Shown here piece by piece: positions 1 through 12,613 of a stretch of 64,000 nucleotides of DNA (its first letter is position 1; every line of letters begins with the position of its first letter). The notes below the pieces were generated by a model that searched no databases, was not told the origin of the DNA, and saw only the letters and a list, made by a program, of their open reading frames with translations. Source of the stretch: Rebecca billardiae RCC1528 (Eukaryota; Protista; Haptophyta). The position numbers and the translations under genes were made by a program. The DNA lies in the NCBI GenBank assembly GCA_965240325.2, contig OZ251229.1:1116001-1180000 (forward strand), written 5' to 3'.

Positions 1-46
<46 letters not shown>
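1..46. repeat. (TA)n microsatellite
   Basis: Pure TA dinucleotide run at the window start. Confidence 0.98.
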
Positions 47-50
<4 letters not shown>

Positions 51-192
51 CATACACATGACGAGGTTGATGATGCATAACAACGGCGTATAGCAGTTTA
101 TCTCACGAGAGTTCTGCTCAGGCTCGTCGTCCGCCGGAATATAATGATCGTGATCGTGGCCCGTGACGTCTCGGCGTGTGCGCTGAGATCAA

Positions 193-1056
193 TCACATGC
201 CCATGATGAGATGGCGCGTGAAGAAAGAGATGGTGTCTTTCCACGCCGCTTCGGCCGTCGCTTCGTCGTAAGGTGGAACGCCAAGCTTTGCCTGCCGTTC
301 CTCGAAAGACTCGAACGGCGCTGGGCTGTCGTTCATGAACGCGTGCCCCACCTTGGGGTGCACCGTGACAATTGCACGCGTGTTGCCTGCTTCCTTCAGC
401 ACTGCCTCCAGCTTGCGCGCAGTCTCCGGGTCGGAGAAGCCGGCCATCGCGTCGGCCTCGCCAAAGTGGCCACGGACGGGCTTGGCAGAGAGCTGTTCTG
501 GCTTGAACAGGTCGAAGTTGACGCCGTAGAAGGCCGCGGCGCACGCAATGTCGGCGCTCGCCGCCGCGCCACCAAGCGAAAGGGCGCCGCCCATGCAGAA
601 GCCGATGATGCCGACCTTTGAGCAGCCCTCTTGCTTGAGGAACGCGGCGGCGTGGCCAATCTCAGCGACGGCCGCGGGGAAGTCCAGCGTGTCCATCAAG
701 TGGCTCGCCTCCTCCGCGTCCACGCCCACCTTGCCCTTGTACAGGTCTGGCACGAGCACGCGAAAGCCTCTCATTGCCAGCCGCCCGGCGTGCTCACACA
801 CCTGCGGCGTGACTCCCCACCACTCTTGCACGACGATGACGGCCGGCGCACCCTTCTGCCCGGCGACGTAGCCCGGGATGTCCCTGCCGGGACCGAAGCT
901 CACCTTGTCCATGTTCTTGCCTGCCGCCTTGGACGCGGCAAACATGAAGCGAGCGTCGCCACGGCGAGTGCCACCACACGCGCTCGGGGGACACCTGGCG
1001 GCGAGGAAGCGCGCGGCGGATGGCGGAGGCGCACACCGGCGTGCAAGGGTAGACAT
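193..1056 (-). CDS. Dienelactone hydrolase family protein (carboxymethylenebutenolidase-like)
   Basis: Motifs VQEWWG, VLVPDLY, nucleophile elbow GFCMGG and GHAF. The start is uncertain (ATG at 1056, 945 or 912); the 1056 start gives an Arg/Ala-rich, transit-peptide-like N-terminus. Confidence 0.9.
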   Translation of the reverse strand: MSTLARRCAPPPSAARFLAARCPPSACGGTRRGDARFMFAASKAAGKNMDKVSFGPGRDIPGYVAGQKGAPAVIVVQEWWGVTPQVCEHAGRLAMRGFRVLVPDLYKGKVGVDAEEASHLMDTLDFPAAVAEIGHAAAFLKQEGCSKVGIIGFCMGGALSLGGAAASADIACAAAFYGVNFDLFKPEQLSAKPVRGHFGEADAMAGFSDPETARKLEAVLKEAGNTRAIVTVHPKVGHAFMNDSPAPFESFEERQAKLGVPPYDEATAEAAWKDTISFFTRHLIMGM

Positions 1057-1756
1057 GCTACGTGGCAGACCAAAGCGCCGGCTGGCTGTCGTCTGGCAAC
1101 GAGCTGGTGCAACTGCAGCGCGTGATTGCTCGCGGCCGTCCCAGGCCGGCGAACAGCCAGGGGTGTTCCCCCCAAGGAGTCTTAAAAACCTTAAAGACTC
1201 CTTGTTCCCCCAACCTCCGCTGTGCAGGAGCTCTGGGGACAATCCCGGACACAGGGATGGTTTTCACTTTTCAGTTTCACCGAGACGTCGTGGCAAGGGC
1301 CGTGCATGATTGTGCTCCCTCTCTCCCCTGGCATCAGGCATGTGGCTCGTTCGGCCTGTCGGACAGTCGGTGTAGGCTGTATGTAGTGGCCGCGCCGAGC
1401 CGTACGACCCGCCACAGGCTGCAATGCCATTGTCAGCGTAAGTCATTCGTGATATAGATTGCGCGCCGCGACTGATGGCGGCATCCGCCAAATGTCGGGG
1501 CCCGGTGCCGGCCCCGGCGGGGCTGGGGGCGATTCCGCGGCCGACTCGTGTCCGTGACTCGTCCGACTCAGACTCACAGACTAGGTCTAGTGCCGCCAGA
1601 TCGGCGCAGCCGACGCGTGGGGCTATCGAGGTTCGAGAGCGGCCTGGGCGCGCACGTGCCCAGCGATGTGCGCCCCTCGCCAGCAGCGCCACTCCGCGCT
1701 CGAGGTGGCGGTTGCGGGCGGTGGCAGCGCGGCTGTGACCGCCGTGACCGCCGCGG

Positions 1757-1811
1757 CCCCCGCCAAGCGCGCGGGGTGGGATCGGCCCCCGCCAAGCGCG
1801 CGGGGTGGGAT
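1757..1811. repeat. Short tandem duplication (CCCCCGCCAAGCGCGCGGGGTGGGAT x2)
   Basis: Two adjacent copies just downstream of the COPB2 stop codon. Confidence 0.8.
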
Positions 1812-1837
1812 TCGGCTGAGCGCGCTCGGCAAGGTCG

Positions 1838-4800
1838 CTACTCGGCAAAATCGTCGGCCAGCTCCTTGTCGAGCTCGGCCTCGAGGGCGGCGGCATCGTC
1901 CGTAGAGAGGTTCGCCTGCGGTGCGCGCGGCGAGCGCGCGCGCGCGCCGTGCCGGTGAGAGCGCGCCGGGCGAGGAGCGCGCAGGGCGCGCGCGCTACGA
2001 GTGGCTCGCTCGGCGCGGCGCCCCGCCTCCGCGCGCGGCGCGCACCGTTGCCGCCGCCAGCTCAGCGTCGAGGTCGACGTCGTCGTCGCCAAGCGGCGCC
2101 GGCGTGTCGGCGACGACGTCGGCGGGCGGCGCCGGCGGCGGTGGTGCGGGCTCGGCGGCTGCGGGCTCGGGCGGCGGCGCCACGTGCTCCTGCGCTGCGG
2201 CCGCGGTGTGAGCGTCAGCCGCCGCCGCGCCTACGGCCGCCGCCTCCGCCGCCGCGCGCTCCTCCTCCGCCTCCTCCTCCGCTACAACCTCGCCGGCGGC
2301 GTCGTCCACCGCCTCGCTCTGCGCGGGCGGCGGGGGCGAGCGCACCGGGCTGCTCACCGCCGGCTCGGCCGGCTCGGCCACGCCGCCGCCATCGGCGAGC
2401 AGCTGGCTGACGTGCTCGAGCACGTCGAGCGCGCCGCTCGCCTCGTGCTGCGGGTACGCGCTCGCCGGCTGCTCCTGCGGCCGGTTGGCGGCGCACCACG
2501 CCTCGGCCTTGAGCGCGAGCTCGAGCTTTTCGAAGAGGTTGGGGAACTCGGCGGGGTCGGCAATCGCGGACGCCGCCTTCTCGTTCTTTAGCGCCAGCTC
2601 GGCGCGCCACAGTCCGACGATGCGGCTCATCTGCGCGGGCGCGTACGTGCGCGCGAAGAAGGCCGCCTCGGGCACGCGCCCCGTGCGGCACAGCAGCTCG
2701 AGGCAGTCGGAGACGCGGCCGCGCAGGAAGAGGCAGAGGAAGGCGATGTTGCCCTTGCCCGCCGCCTGCGCGGCGCGACGGCGCGGCGCGGCGCGATCGC
2801 GATCGCGATCGCGAGTGAGCGCGCGCGACATCGGCGGCGCTTGGCGCGGCGCGCGCGCCCCGCGCTCCCGCGCACCTCGGCGTCGACGGCGAGCTTGTCG
2901 ATCTTGTCCGCATCGGCCGACGAGGAGTACATCATGAGCAGCCCGGCGTAGTCCGCCGCGCGCACCATGCACTCCTCCGCGAGCGCGAGGTTGCACGCCT
3001 TGAGCGCCATGTCGCTCAGCTGGCGCCACTTGGCGTCCGAGTCGGCGCCCGCGCAGATTTCATACGTGACGTCGAGCTTGCCGAGCTGCACGGCGAGCTC
3101 GAAGCGGTGCTCGGTGTCGGTGGCGACCTGGAGCGCCTCCTCGGGGAAGCCCTGCGCCTCGAGGAACCGCGCGATCCGGTTGTGCTGGTCGTGCGGGATC
3201 GACGGCAGCACGCTCGCCGCCGCCTCGAAGTCGCGCCGCACGACTGCCGTCTGGTACTCGAGCACGCTGAGCAGCAGCTGGTACGACACCACCGCGTAGT
3301 GCTTGTCGAGCAGGTAGAGCTTGTTCTCCTTGGGCAGGTAGCCGACGAGGTAGAGCGGCTGGTCGAGGTGCTGCAGCGTCACCACCTGCCCGCCCACCGT
3401 GTAGTTGAGCCGCGACGACGCCGAGTCCTCCGCGCCGTTCGTGTAGATGAAGCAGTCGCCCACCCACACGGCCGTGCGCACCGTGTCAGCCACCTCGTAC
3501 AGCAGCTCGAACGCGATCTCGATGCCCTCCTCGGGGACCTTCTCGCCGGACTCGAAGACGGCGTTCGCGACCTCCTTGTTGTACCGCAGCACGTAGAACG
3601 TCTCCTCGCACGCCAGCGCCACCAGGTCGCCCACCTCGTTCCAGTAGACCTCGCGCGGGCACACGTCGATGCGGCGCACGAGCCGGCACTCCTGCCAGTC
3701 GTACAGCATGATCAGCTCCTGGTTGCGCACGCCGAGGAGGGCGCCGCCGAAGATGGCCTCGACGAGCATGGGCGGGCGGAAGGCGTGCGTCTCCTTGAAC
3801 TGCTTGAACACCTTCACCGAGTTGAGCGACTCGCGCACCGCGTACTCCGCCGTGTCCATCCCCCAGACGAAGTCGAGCGCCTGCCCAAACGACTTTTTAC
3901 GCCACGCGAGCGCCGTGTACACGATGAACTCACCGTCGCCGCAGACGACGGCGAGCTGGCCCTTGCGGTTGTGCTGCAGGGACTGCGGGTAGATCTCGCA
4001 CACGTCCAGCTCCTTCGTCGCGAGCGGCAGCCGCTCGCCCTCCGCCACCTCCTCCGTCACCGCCTTGAGGTTCGCCTGCACGATCTCGTTGTGCTTGGCC
4101 CACGTGATCTTGCCCGTCGGGTCCATCGACGCGATCGGGTCCTCGCGGCCGAGCTTGACGACGATGGTGCCCTCGTCGTAGCCGATGGCGACGCGGTGCG
4201 TGCCGTGTAGCGCGGCGATCGACCAGCACCGCTCGAACGCGTACGACAGCGTCCCCTCCATCCGGTACGTGTTGGCGTGCCACAGCCGCACCGTGCCGTC
4301 CTCGCCGCCCGTGATCACGAGCGGCAGCTCGGGATGGCAGCAGATCGTCGCGACGTTGTGCTGGTGGCCCTCCATCGTCTGCACGCACTGCTTGGTCTGG
4401 TAGTCCCACACCTTCACCATCTTGTCGTCCGCGCCGGACACCAGGTACGGCCGGTCGCCCCCCGCGAAGTAGTCGAGGCAGTTGACGCCCTTCTCGTGTC
4501 CCTCGAGCGTGAAGTGCGGCGTGGCGTTGTGCAGGCCCCACACCTTGATCGTCTTGTCGAGCGAGGCGGAGGCGAAGGTGCTCGCGTCCTTCGGGTTGAA
4601 GGCGACCATCATCACGTAGTGCGAGTGCCCCTCGTACACCATCGTGTTCTGCCACCCCTTCTCCCAGTCCCACAGCTTGATCGACATGTCGTCCGACGAC
4701 GAGACGACGAGCGGCTGCGTCGGGTGCACGGCGACGCACCGGATGTAGTCGGAGTGCGCCTCCCACACCTTCACCTTCTCCATCGTGTTGTAGTTGTACA

Positions 4801-5455
4801 CGCGCAGCTGCATGTCGTCCGAGCCGGCGATCACCCACTGCTTCCGCGCGATGAACTTGGCCGTCCGCACTGCGCGCGCGGCGGCGGCGGCGGTGCGGCG
4901 GCGGCGGCGGCGCGGCGGCAGGTCGCGTGAGCGCCGTGCCGCCGGCCGCGTCGCGACGCGCTGGCCGCGGGCGAGCGCTGCGCGCGGCGTGCGGCGGGGC
5001 GCAGCTGCGCACCAGGCAGGTCGGTCACCTCGAAGGATTTGACGAGCGACTGCGCAGCGCGCGCGCGCGCGAGGCGGGCGGGCGCGCGTGGGCGCCAGGG
5101 CGAGCTCGCGCGCCGCACCGCGCGCACGCGCGCGGTGCGCGCGCGCGCGCGCGCCGCGCCGGATGAGCTGCGGGGTGGCACGGCGCGCACCTGCGTGTTG
5201 TAGTTCCACAGGAAGAGGTGCCCGTTGTACAGCGCCGACAGCACCCATGGCTCGGTCGGGTGGACATCGACTGACTTAACGCGATCTGATCGCGCGGAGA
5301 GCTTGCGCTGCGCGGCGCGTCGCGCCGACGCAGGCGATGGCGCAGCATCCGGCGTGAGCGGGAGGCGCGCGTGGGACGGTCGCGCGGGCTGGATGGTACC
5401 ACGCCGACGCGCTGCGCGCGCGCGCGCGCACCTTGATGTCTAGCCGGAGGGGCAT
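1838..5455 (-). CDS. COPB2: Coatomer subunit beta' (SEC27), about 6 exons
   Basis: The spliced N-terminus reads [55 protein letters not shown]40 repeats ([25 protein letters not shown]), alpha-solenoid ([14 protein letters not shown]) and an acidic tail ending [12 protein letters not shown] introns at about 5431-5308, 5191-5051, 5013-4872, 2875-2767 and 2045-1916. Confidence 0.96.
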
Positions 5456-5879
5456 GGCGTGCGTGCGCGCGGCGTGCGCACCCTCCCTTGGGCGATGGCA
5501 GCGCTCGGCGGCCGACGCTGGCTTTGTAGCGTCGGTCCGGGAGAAGGCCCTCGTCCCCTCGACCCTCGTGCTCCACCGGACCGTGCTCGCTCGGCCCCGA
5601 CCGGGACGGTTTCAAGCGGGTACGGCCACGCGGTGTGGCGCGTGGCAACAGCTCTTCCGCGCGTTGTGATTGGCTCGCTCGTGCGTGCAGCGCCCGTCGC
5701 TGTCGTATTCGCGATTTGTAGATTTGCACGGCAGGGGCTGGGCTGCTTGTTGGCTGGGAGGTGCCGCTCGAGCTCGGCAGGGCTGCTTTGTGCCCCGGCT
5801 TCTCGCTCGCCCATGGCTGGGGCGCGCTAAGCCGCGCACACCGGAGCGAGCGCTGGGCCCGCGGGAGGGGTCGGGCGCG

Positions 5880-6750
5880 ATGGCGCTCATCCTGAACGTG
5901 CAATTGGGCCACGCCACCAACCTGCGCACGCGCAGCGTCGCGCTCGAGCCCGGCGCGATCGAGCCGAGCGCGGGCGCGCTGATCGCATACGCCAACTGCA
6001 CGCTCGGCGGCGGGCACGCGCGGGAGAGCTGCGCGCGCGCGAGCAACGAGCACAGCAGCGTGGTGTGGGCCGAGCGACTCACGCTCGAGCCGCGCAAAGG
6101 CGGCGCGCTCGCCTCGCCGCACGCCACCGGCCCCGGCGAGCTGCCGCCATTCGACACGCCCCTCCGCATCGCCGTGTACGCCGCGCCCCTCTCGTCCGCG
6201 CGCGCCGCGTGGGAGTCGGGGTGCAACGCGAACGTGGCGCGGCTGCTCCGGACGTACGAGCTGGTGGGCGAGGCCTGGCTCGAGCCCGAGCGCGCTGCGC
6301 AGGGCACGGCCACCTGGCTCGCGCTCCGGCTGCCCGCGGTGAGCGGGCGCGCGCGCTCGAGCGCGGATGAGATCAGAGGCGAGCTGCTCGTGCGCGCGTG
6401 GGTGGAGCCCGCGCGGCCGCCGCGCTCGACGATCGCGATCGCGCCGCGCTTCGTCAGCGCCCTCGCCGACGGCCGCGCCAACGGCCGCCGCGCCGGCGGC
6501 AGCAGCTCGGTGCCGGCGGAGTCGGGCGCCGCGGCCGCGGCCGCCGCCACGGTCGCGAGCGATGCCGCGGCGGCGGCGGCGGCGGCGGAGGCGGCGGCGG
6601 CGGCGGCAGGGCACTCGGGCGACGGCAGCCCGATGCTGATCGTGCCGGACGACGAGGCGCACGCCGCCGCCGCCGCCGCCGCCGCCTCCCACGCCGAGGA
6701 CGACCACACGTACGACGTCTACGGCTTCCGCCACCCGGCGGCGTGCGCGC

Positions 6751-6782
<32 letters not shown>

Positions 6783-9554
6783 TCGTTTGGCGGCGCGTAC
6801 GGCGGGTGCCGCGCGTACAGCGGCGGCGCGGGCGGCGCGGGGTCGGGCGAGGACGCGGGCACCGAGCGCTCCTCCGCGCCCACGCTCAAGAGCGGCCACG
6901 GCCCGCTCGTCCTCGGCGCGGTGCGCCGGCGGCACGCGCAGCCGCCCAGCAGCGCCGCGGCCGCGCTGCACGAGGGAGGCTCTGTCGGCCTGCGCGCGGG
7001 CGAGCACCCGGCGCAGATCGCGTCGCAGCAGTACGCGCTGCGCTGGGCGCGGCAGTCGGACGCGTGGTTCGACGCGCTCACCGCGCCCAGCTCCGCCTCG
7101 GGCGCGCGCGCGCCCGTCACCATCGACGGCCTCACGCACAACGCGCAGACGGCGGCGCTCGTCGCGCTCGGCGTGCCGCTCGAGTTGCGGCCGCGCGTGT
7201 GGATGCATTTCTCGGGCGCGGCGGCGATCCGCGCGGAGGTGGAGCAGTGCGCGGCGGCGGCGGGCGTGGGCCCGCCCGCGGCCGCGCCGCGCGCCGCGCG
7301 GCACGCGCCCGCCGCGCCCGCCGCCGCGCCGCCGCTCGGCCGCGCCGAGCTCGGCGGCGGCGGCGGCGCGCGCGCGCGCAACGGCGCGGCGGCGGGTGCG
7401 CCTGCGGTGCCGCCGTCGCCCAGGACGCGCTCGGCGGCGCAGCGCTGCACGTACGCGCAGCTGCTCGAGCGGCTGGACCGCGCGGAGCGCGAGCACCGCG
7501 CGCAGATCGAGATCGACCTGCCCCGCACCTTCCCCGAGCACCGCCTCTTCCGCGACGCGCGCGCGCACGCGCCGCTGCGGCGCGTGCTGTGCGCGTTTGC
7601 GCTGCGCGACGCGGCGCGCGGCTACACGCAGTCGCTCAACTTTGTCGGCGCGTTCGCGCTGCTCTTCCTGGACGAGGAGTCGGCGTTCTGGACGCTGTGC
7701 GCCGTGGTCGAGCTGCTGCTCCCGCAGCACTTCGAGGCGGGCATGCTCGGCGTCCAGGTCGACAACGCCGTCTTTGAGGCGCTCGCGCGCGCGCAGCCGC
7801 GGCTGAGGCGCGTCGTCGCCTCGCTCGACGCGCTCGAGGCCGAGCTGCCGCTCGTGACGACGCCGTGGTTCATGGCGCTGTTCACGACGGCGCTGCCGCC
7901 CGAGCCGGCGCTGCGCGTGTGGGACCTGCTCTTCTACCACGGCCCCGCCACGCTCCACGCCGTCGGCCTCGCCCTGCTCGAGCTCCGAGAGTCGCAGCTC
8001 GGCGCGTGCTCGCAGCTCGAGCACGCGTACGATGCGCTCAAGGACTGGGCGGATGTGGGCGCGCACGCGGACGCGCTCGTGCGGCTGGCGCTGGACTACC
8101 TGCGCACGATCACGGGGGGCGGCGGCGCGCCGCTCGACGCGCTGCGCCGGCGGTGCCACCGCGACCTCTCCATCGAGGCCGGGCGGCACGAGCTCGCGCG
8201 CCGCGCGTACGACCTCGCGCGCGCGCACGGCGTCAGCCCCGCGGCGCTGCTCGGCCCGGACTCGGAGCTGTCGGCGCGCGCCATCGAGCTGGTCGCGGGC
8301 GTGCGCACGTACGTGGGCGGGCTGACGGCGGTGGACCTGGGCGGCGCGGAGCTCGCGGCGCTGCCGCCGCCCTCGGACGACGGCAGCGCCGCCGCCTCCG
8401 CCACCTCCATGTCCGTCGTCACAGCCCTCTCCATCGGCACCTCGCCCGCGACGCTCACGGCGACCGTCGACGACGGCGACGAGGACGCGGAGGCGCTGGC
8501 GAGGGATGCGGAGCTGCAGGACGGCGCCGAGCTCGCGCGGCTGTTCGTGCCGCTCGCGCAGAGGCTGCTCTCGCCGTGCTGGGGCTCGGGCGCGCTCGCC
8601 ACGCGGCTGTGCGTCCAGCTCCTCAGAGATGGCGCCGCAGCCGCCTCCGCCGCCTCCGCCGCCTCCGCCGCCGCCGCCGCACGCGAGGAGGCGCCGCGCG
8701 CGGCGGAGGAGGACGGCGCGCACGCGCCCGCGGCGGCGTCGTCCGCGTTCGGCGCGCCGACGCCGGTGCTCGACATGCTCTGCGCCGCGCTCGCCGTCGA
8801 CCCGAGCGAGCGCCTCCGCCTGCTCTACTGCGCGTACGCCTACGAGCACCCTGCCGAGGCCGCCGCCGCGCCGCCGCCGCCGCAGCCGCCGCAGCAGCAG
8901 CAGCAGCAGCCGGCGGCGGCGGCGGCGGCGCACGCTGCCGCCGCCGCCGAGCACGGCGCGGCGGCGGCCGTGGCGGTCGAGGCGGCGGCGGCGCTGCCGT
9001 CCGTCTTCGCGCCGCCGGCGGCGGCGGCGGAGGCGGAGGCGGCGGCGCCGCGCGCGCACGCGCACACGCCGCGCGCGACCGCCGTGCCGTGGGCCTCGGG
9101 CACCGTGCCGCCGCCCGCGCCCGCCTCGCCCTCGCCCGCGCCGTCGAGCGTCGGCGCGTGCGCTCGGCGCATGGCGCTGTGCGCGCCGCCGTGCAGCGCG
9201 CAGCAGCCGCCGCCGCTCATGCACGAGGACGGCGTGTGGGCCCTGCTGCGCGACGCGCTCGCGCTGGTGAGCGCTCGGCTCGGGCCGCACTCTGCGGTGG
9301 AGATGGGGGTCGGCGCCGACGACGAGCACCTCGCGCGCGCGTTTGCACAGCTCGCCGTGCGCGCCGCGTGGGTGGAGGCGGGCGAGCGCGCGGACGGCAG
9401 CGCCACGCAGCAGGTGCGCGCCATCGACCTCGACGTGTTCCGCCGGTTCGCGAGCCGGCAGCCGCACCTCGTCGAGCTGCTGAGCCCGGCGAGGGTCGCG
9501 AGCGCGGGCGCCGCCACGCCTCGCACGCGGGACGCCTCCCCGTTCCTGCCGTGA
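5880..9554 (+). CDS. Rab-GAP TBC domain protein with N-terminal C2-like domain
   Basis: TBC motifs GVPLELRPRVW, QIEIDLPRTF (Arg finger), GYTQSLNF (Gln finger), EESAFW and LRVWDLLF. The N-terminus (LILNVQLGHATNL...VVWAERLTL...LVGEAWL) is C2-like, with Ala-rich low-complexity linkers. Confidence 0.88.
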
Positions 9555-11233
9555 GGCGTGCGTGCGTGCGCGCGCGCGGCCGCACAGCAGACCGCGCGCC
9601 GCCCGCGCCATCGCGCGCGCGCTCGCCGGTCGGTCGGAGGTGCCAGCTGGCGGCTGCCGGCAGACGAGACGGAGGCTGGGGGAGTGGCGAGACCGGGGAC
9701 GGAATCGTCCGAGCGTCGATGGCAGCATGGGTTGCTCGCGCGCACGTCTGTGGCGTGCCGCGCCGACCGTGCGCCTGACCCCCGCTACTATGGCGATGGC
9801 GGATGCCAATCGTCTCAAGCGTGGGCCGCGTCGCACATTGGACGCGATTATTTGTTGATGATTTTTTAGCGCTCGGACGAGGACTACGACGACCGTATGC
9901 TAGCGATGCGCGATGATTTCAGATTGCTGTAATTGCTGTTCAGGCCGTCTGTCTAGTACGTCTGAGCCGCCCGGTGAGCGGCAGCCGCTGCGCTGTCCGG
10001 GCCGCGCCCGTCGCCGAGTCGCTGCCTCCAGCCTCGCGCATGCCTATCAGATTGACAGCCTATGCCCTATCATTTTCAAATATATTATATTGCTGCCGCA
10101 GGCTATTGCTGCCATCAATTATAGCTACTGACGATGCTGTGACAAGGCAGCCGATCGCCAATAAAGGTTACTACTGACTGACGAGCGATGATGACGAGCG
10201 AGGAATAGCTCAATATTTATTAGAACTAGCTACTGCTAGCATATAGCTACAGCGCGATCAGTGAATAATAAGCCGATTCGCCAAATAAGCCGGTAACTCC
10301 ATTATAAGCCGGGCCCGGGGGGGGCGGCGCACGTGCTCCGACGCAAAAATCAATAATACATAAATAAAAGATGATGCGCGCAGCGCAGGATTTGGGGGAT
10401 CGATTTTGCAGTAGGCGGCGCGGTGGCGGATTTCTAAGGTGTAACTACTGTTAGCTTAGTGAAAAGCTGCCTTTGAGTCTATATCTAGTATATGGGGGTA
10501 TCACTGCCCTTCAACTGCCCGCCTTGATTATTAGATTTGATTGCGTTTGTACTGCCGCGTTCCCCACCCTGTATTAATCCTCATTCTAACAGCATCCCCG
10601 TGATCCTACAGAAATTCGTGACCAAATAGAATAAACGAAAAGTGTGGACCTTTCCCATATCGAGATCCGCCTCTTGATACAGTAGCTATCGGTGTATTGA
10701 TTCAAAGCCGATGCGGATGGCACTATCAAGATCTTCTATTGAAATAACAAGTTACAAGGCCTTGAATCATCGAATAACACTGTACGTCTATAAGAAATGT
10801 GAAGGCGATTACTGCCGCGCGACGCTAGTGTAAGCCTGAAACAGCTCGCCGATCATAGGAATGAAAGGTCGCGGATCGGCTCTTCATATAGCTTTGAAGT
10901 GAGGTCGTATTGGAGCACGCGAACTGTCGCCTCTCCAAGTCTTGGGTGCCTCCGCAACTTACTACTGGCGCAGTGCTTGCGCAGCGTCGCAGAATGCCAC
11001 GGCCCTCGCGGCGTCCGGCGAGCGGCTGAAAAAGTCGTCGGCCATTCAAGGGCCAGCAGACATTCAGTAACCGAGCGGCACTGAGCAGTGGCACCGCGGG
11101 CTCCCATTCCCCAATAACTGCTACGTCGTTGGTTCTATCTACGGGAAAGGAGCCGCGGAAGGCGGTCATCAAGATGGTTTCAGCAGGTGAGATAGCTACT
11201 GATAGTTGCAGTGCTGCCGCCGGCGTGACTCGC

Positions 11234-12349
11234 TCACAGAATGAGCGTCTGCGCTGTCCAGCCGACGAAGGAGGGGTGGCGCTCAATGAGAAGACGGTGG
11301 TCCATGTGATGGAGAACGCGCAGGTAGTTGGGCGGTAGGAAGAACTGGCCAGTGAGCGCAGTGTACGCGCGCTCGAGTGGCCCATGCAGACTGCTCGGAA
11401 TCTCGAGCGCGACGCTCTCGCACAGGCTGGACACAGGGGGCACCACAAGGCGGAGATCATCCGCGCCTGACACCGACTCGAGACCCTGAAGTTCTGTCAG
11501 CACATCCATCGTCCACGTGGCCACCGGAGACATGCCGATCATCTGTTTGCCAGACTTGGAATGCTGCGTGCGCCGCCCCACATTCCACTTGGCCTGCGCG
11601 CGCGCGAGGCTTGGCGGCAGCTGCCGGACGAGCACGTCCACGAGCGGGGGCGTTCGATGGTGCTGCAGCTCATCCACCAGACCCAGAAGCTCGTGCACGT
11701 CGCTTGCCGAGAGCTCACGCCCTGCGCCCCAGCGGGCATGCGCGCTGCGCATGGCTTCAGACCAGTGAGTCGCTGCAGAGGCGGCCACCCACTCCTGAGC
11801 CGAGTAGCCAATGTCCGCGTTGAACGGATCCCTGGCAAACGACTGGAACACCTTGGCTCGCTCCTCGGCAAACTGAAGAACGAACGAGTGGCCGACTTGA
11901 TCCAGGTGAAAGCAGACCATTCCACGGCGCCCTTTGCGCACCTTGGCACCGATGCTGCCGATGTCAATGCGTGTCTTCGGCACATCCTGCTTGCCTGCGG
12001 CGCGCGCGGCGCACGAGAAGACGAGGTTCGCCAGCCCCACGCAGTCCAAGTGCGCCGCACGGGAGGCGAGTACACCGCCACTCCGCAGCTCTTCGGCGAT
12101 GTCAGTGTCGCCGACCCTCCAGTTCACGGCCAGGCTGTCCTTGGTGATCACGTCCACGTTGGCGATCGAGACGGCCTTGTGCGCGCCATCCACGAGGCGT
12201 ACCTTCACGCGACTTCGCTGCTCGAGGTCAGCGCCTTCTTCGGCGCTCTCCGGCTGCACGACGCGCCCCTCCGTGCCATTCAGACTCGTTTGCATCCGTA
12301 GGCCAGTGAGCCGCACAACGTCGCCGACGCGCGGTCGTCGGCTGTCCAT
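11234..12349 (-). CDS. Hypothetical protein with N-terminal SH3-like (GDVVRLTGL..LNG.EG.V) module
   Basis: 371-aa ATG ORF with protein-like composition. The N-terminal motif resembles a beta-barrel module common in algal proteins. Confidence 0.65.
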   Translation of the reverse strand: MDSRRPRVGDVVRLTGLRMQTSLNGTEGRVVQPESAEEGADLEQRSRVKVRLVDGAHKAVSIANVDVITKDSLAVNWRVGDTDIAEELRSGGVLASRAAHLDCVGLANLVFSCAARAAGKQDVPKTRIDIGSIGAKVRKGRRGMVCFHLDQVGHSFVLQFAEERAKVFQSFARDPFNADIGYSAQEWVAASAATHWSEAMRSAHARWGAGRELSASDVHELLGLVDELQHHRTPPLVDVLVRQLPPSLARAQAKWNVGRRTQHSKSGKQMIGMSPVATWTMDVLTELQGLESVSGADDLRLVVPPVSSLCESVALEIPSSLHGPLERAYTALTGQFFLPPNYLRVLHHMDHRLLIERHPSFVGWTAQTLIL

Positions 12350-12613
12350 CGTCGCTGGCGCGCTAAGCGATCGTCGTGGCCCGCGTGGCGTCGTCCGATG
12401 AGGCGATGAAGAGATGCGTGTTCAACACGCCGGTAGGCCGGTTGCCGCTTCCGGGGGGGGGCTAACGGGCTTCGACCGAGCTCGCCCGGCACCGGACTTC
12501 TGACGAAATCGGCGTGTCTTGCTCAGGGCGTGGCCGACGACGCCATTGTCACCCGCCGATCGCCTTCGGCGCGGCGCATGACGTCGTCAAGGCGTCATGG
12601 GCCCGGGGCGGCC

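Noticed and set aside
5025-9836. 1603-aa minus-strand ORF and many other long Arg/Ala/Pro-rich ORFs
   Set aside because: They are antisense or alternative-frame shadows of real genes in very high-GC DNA and contain no recognisable motifs.
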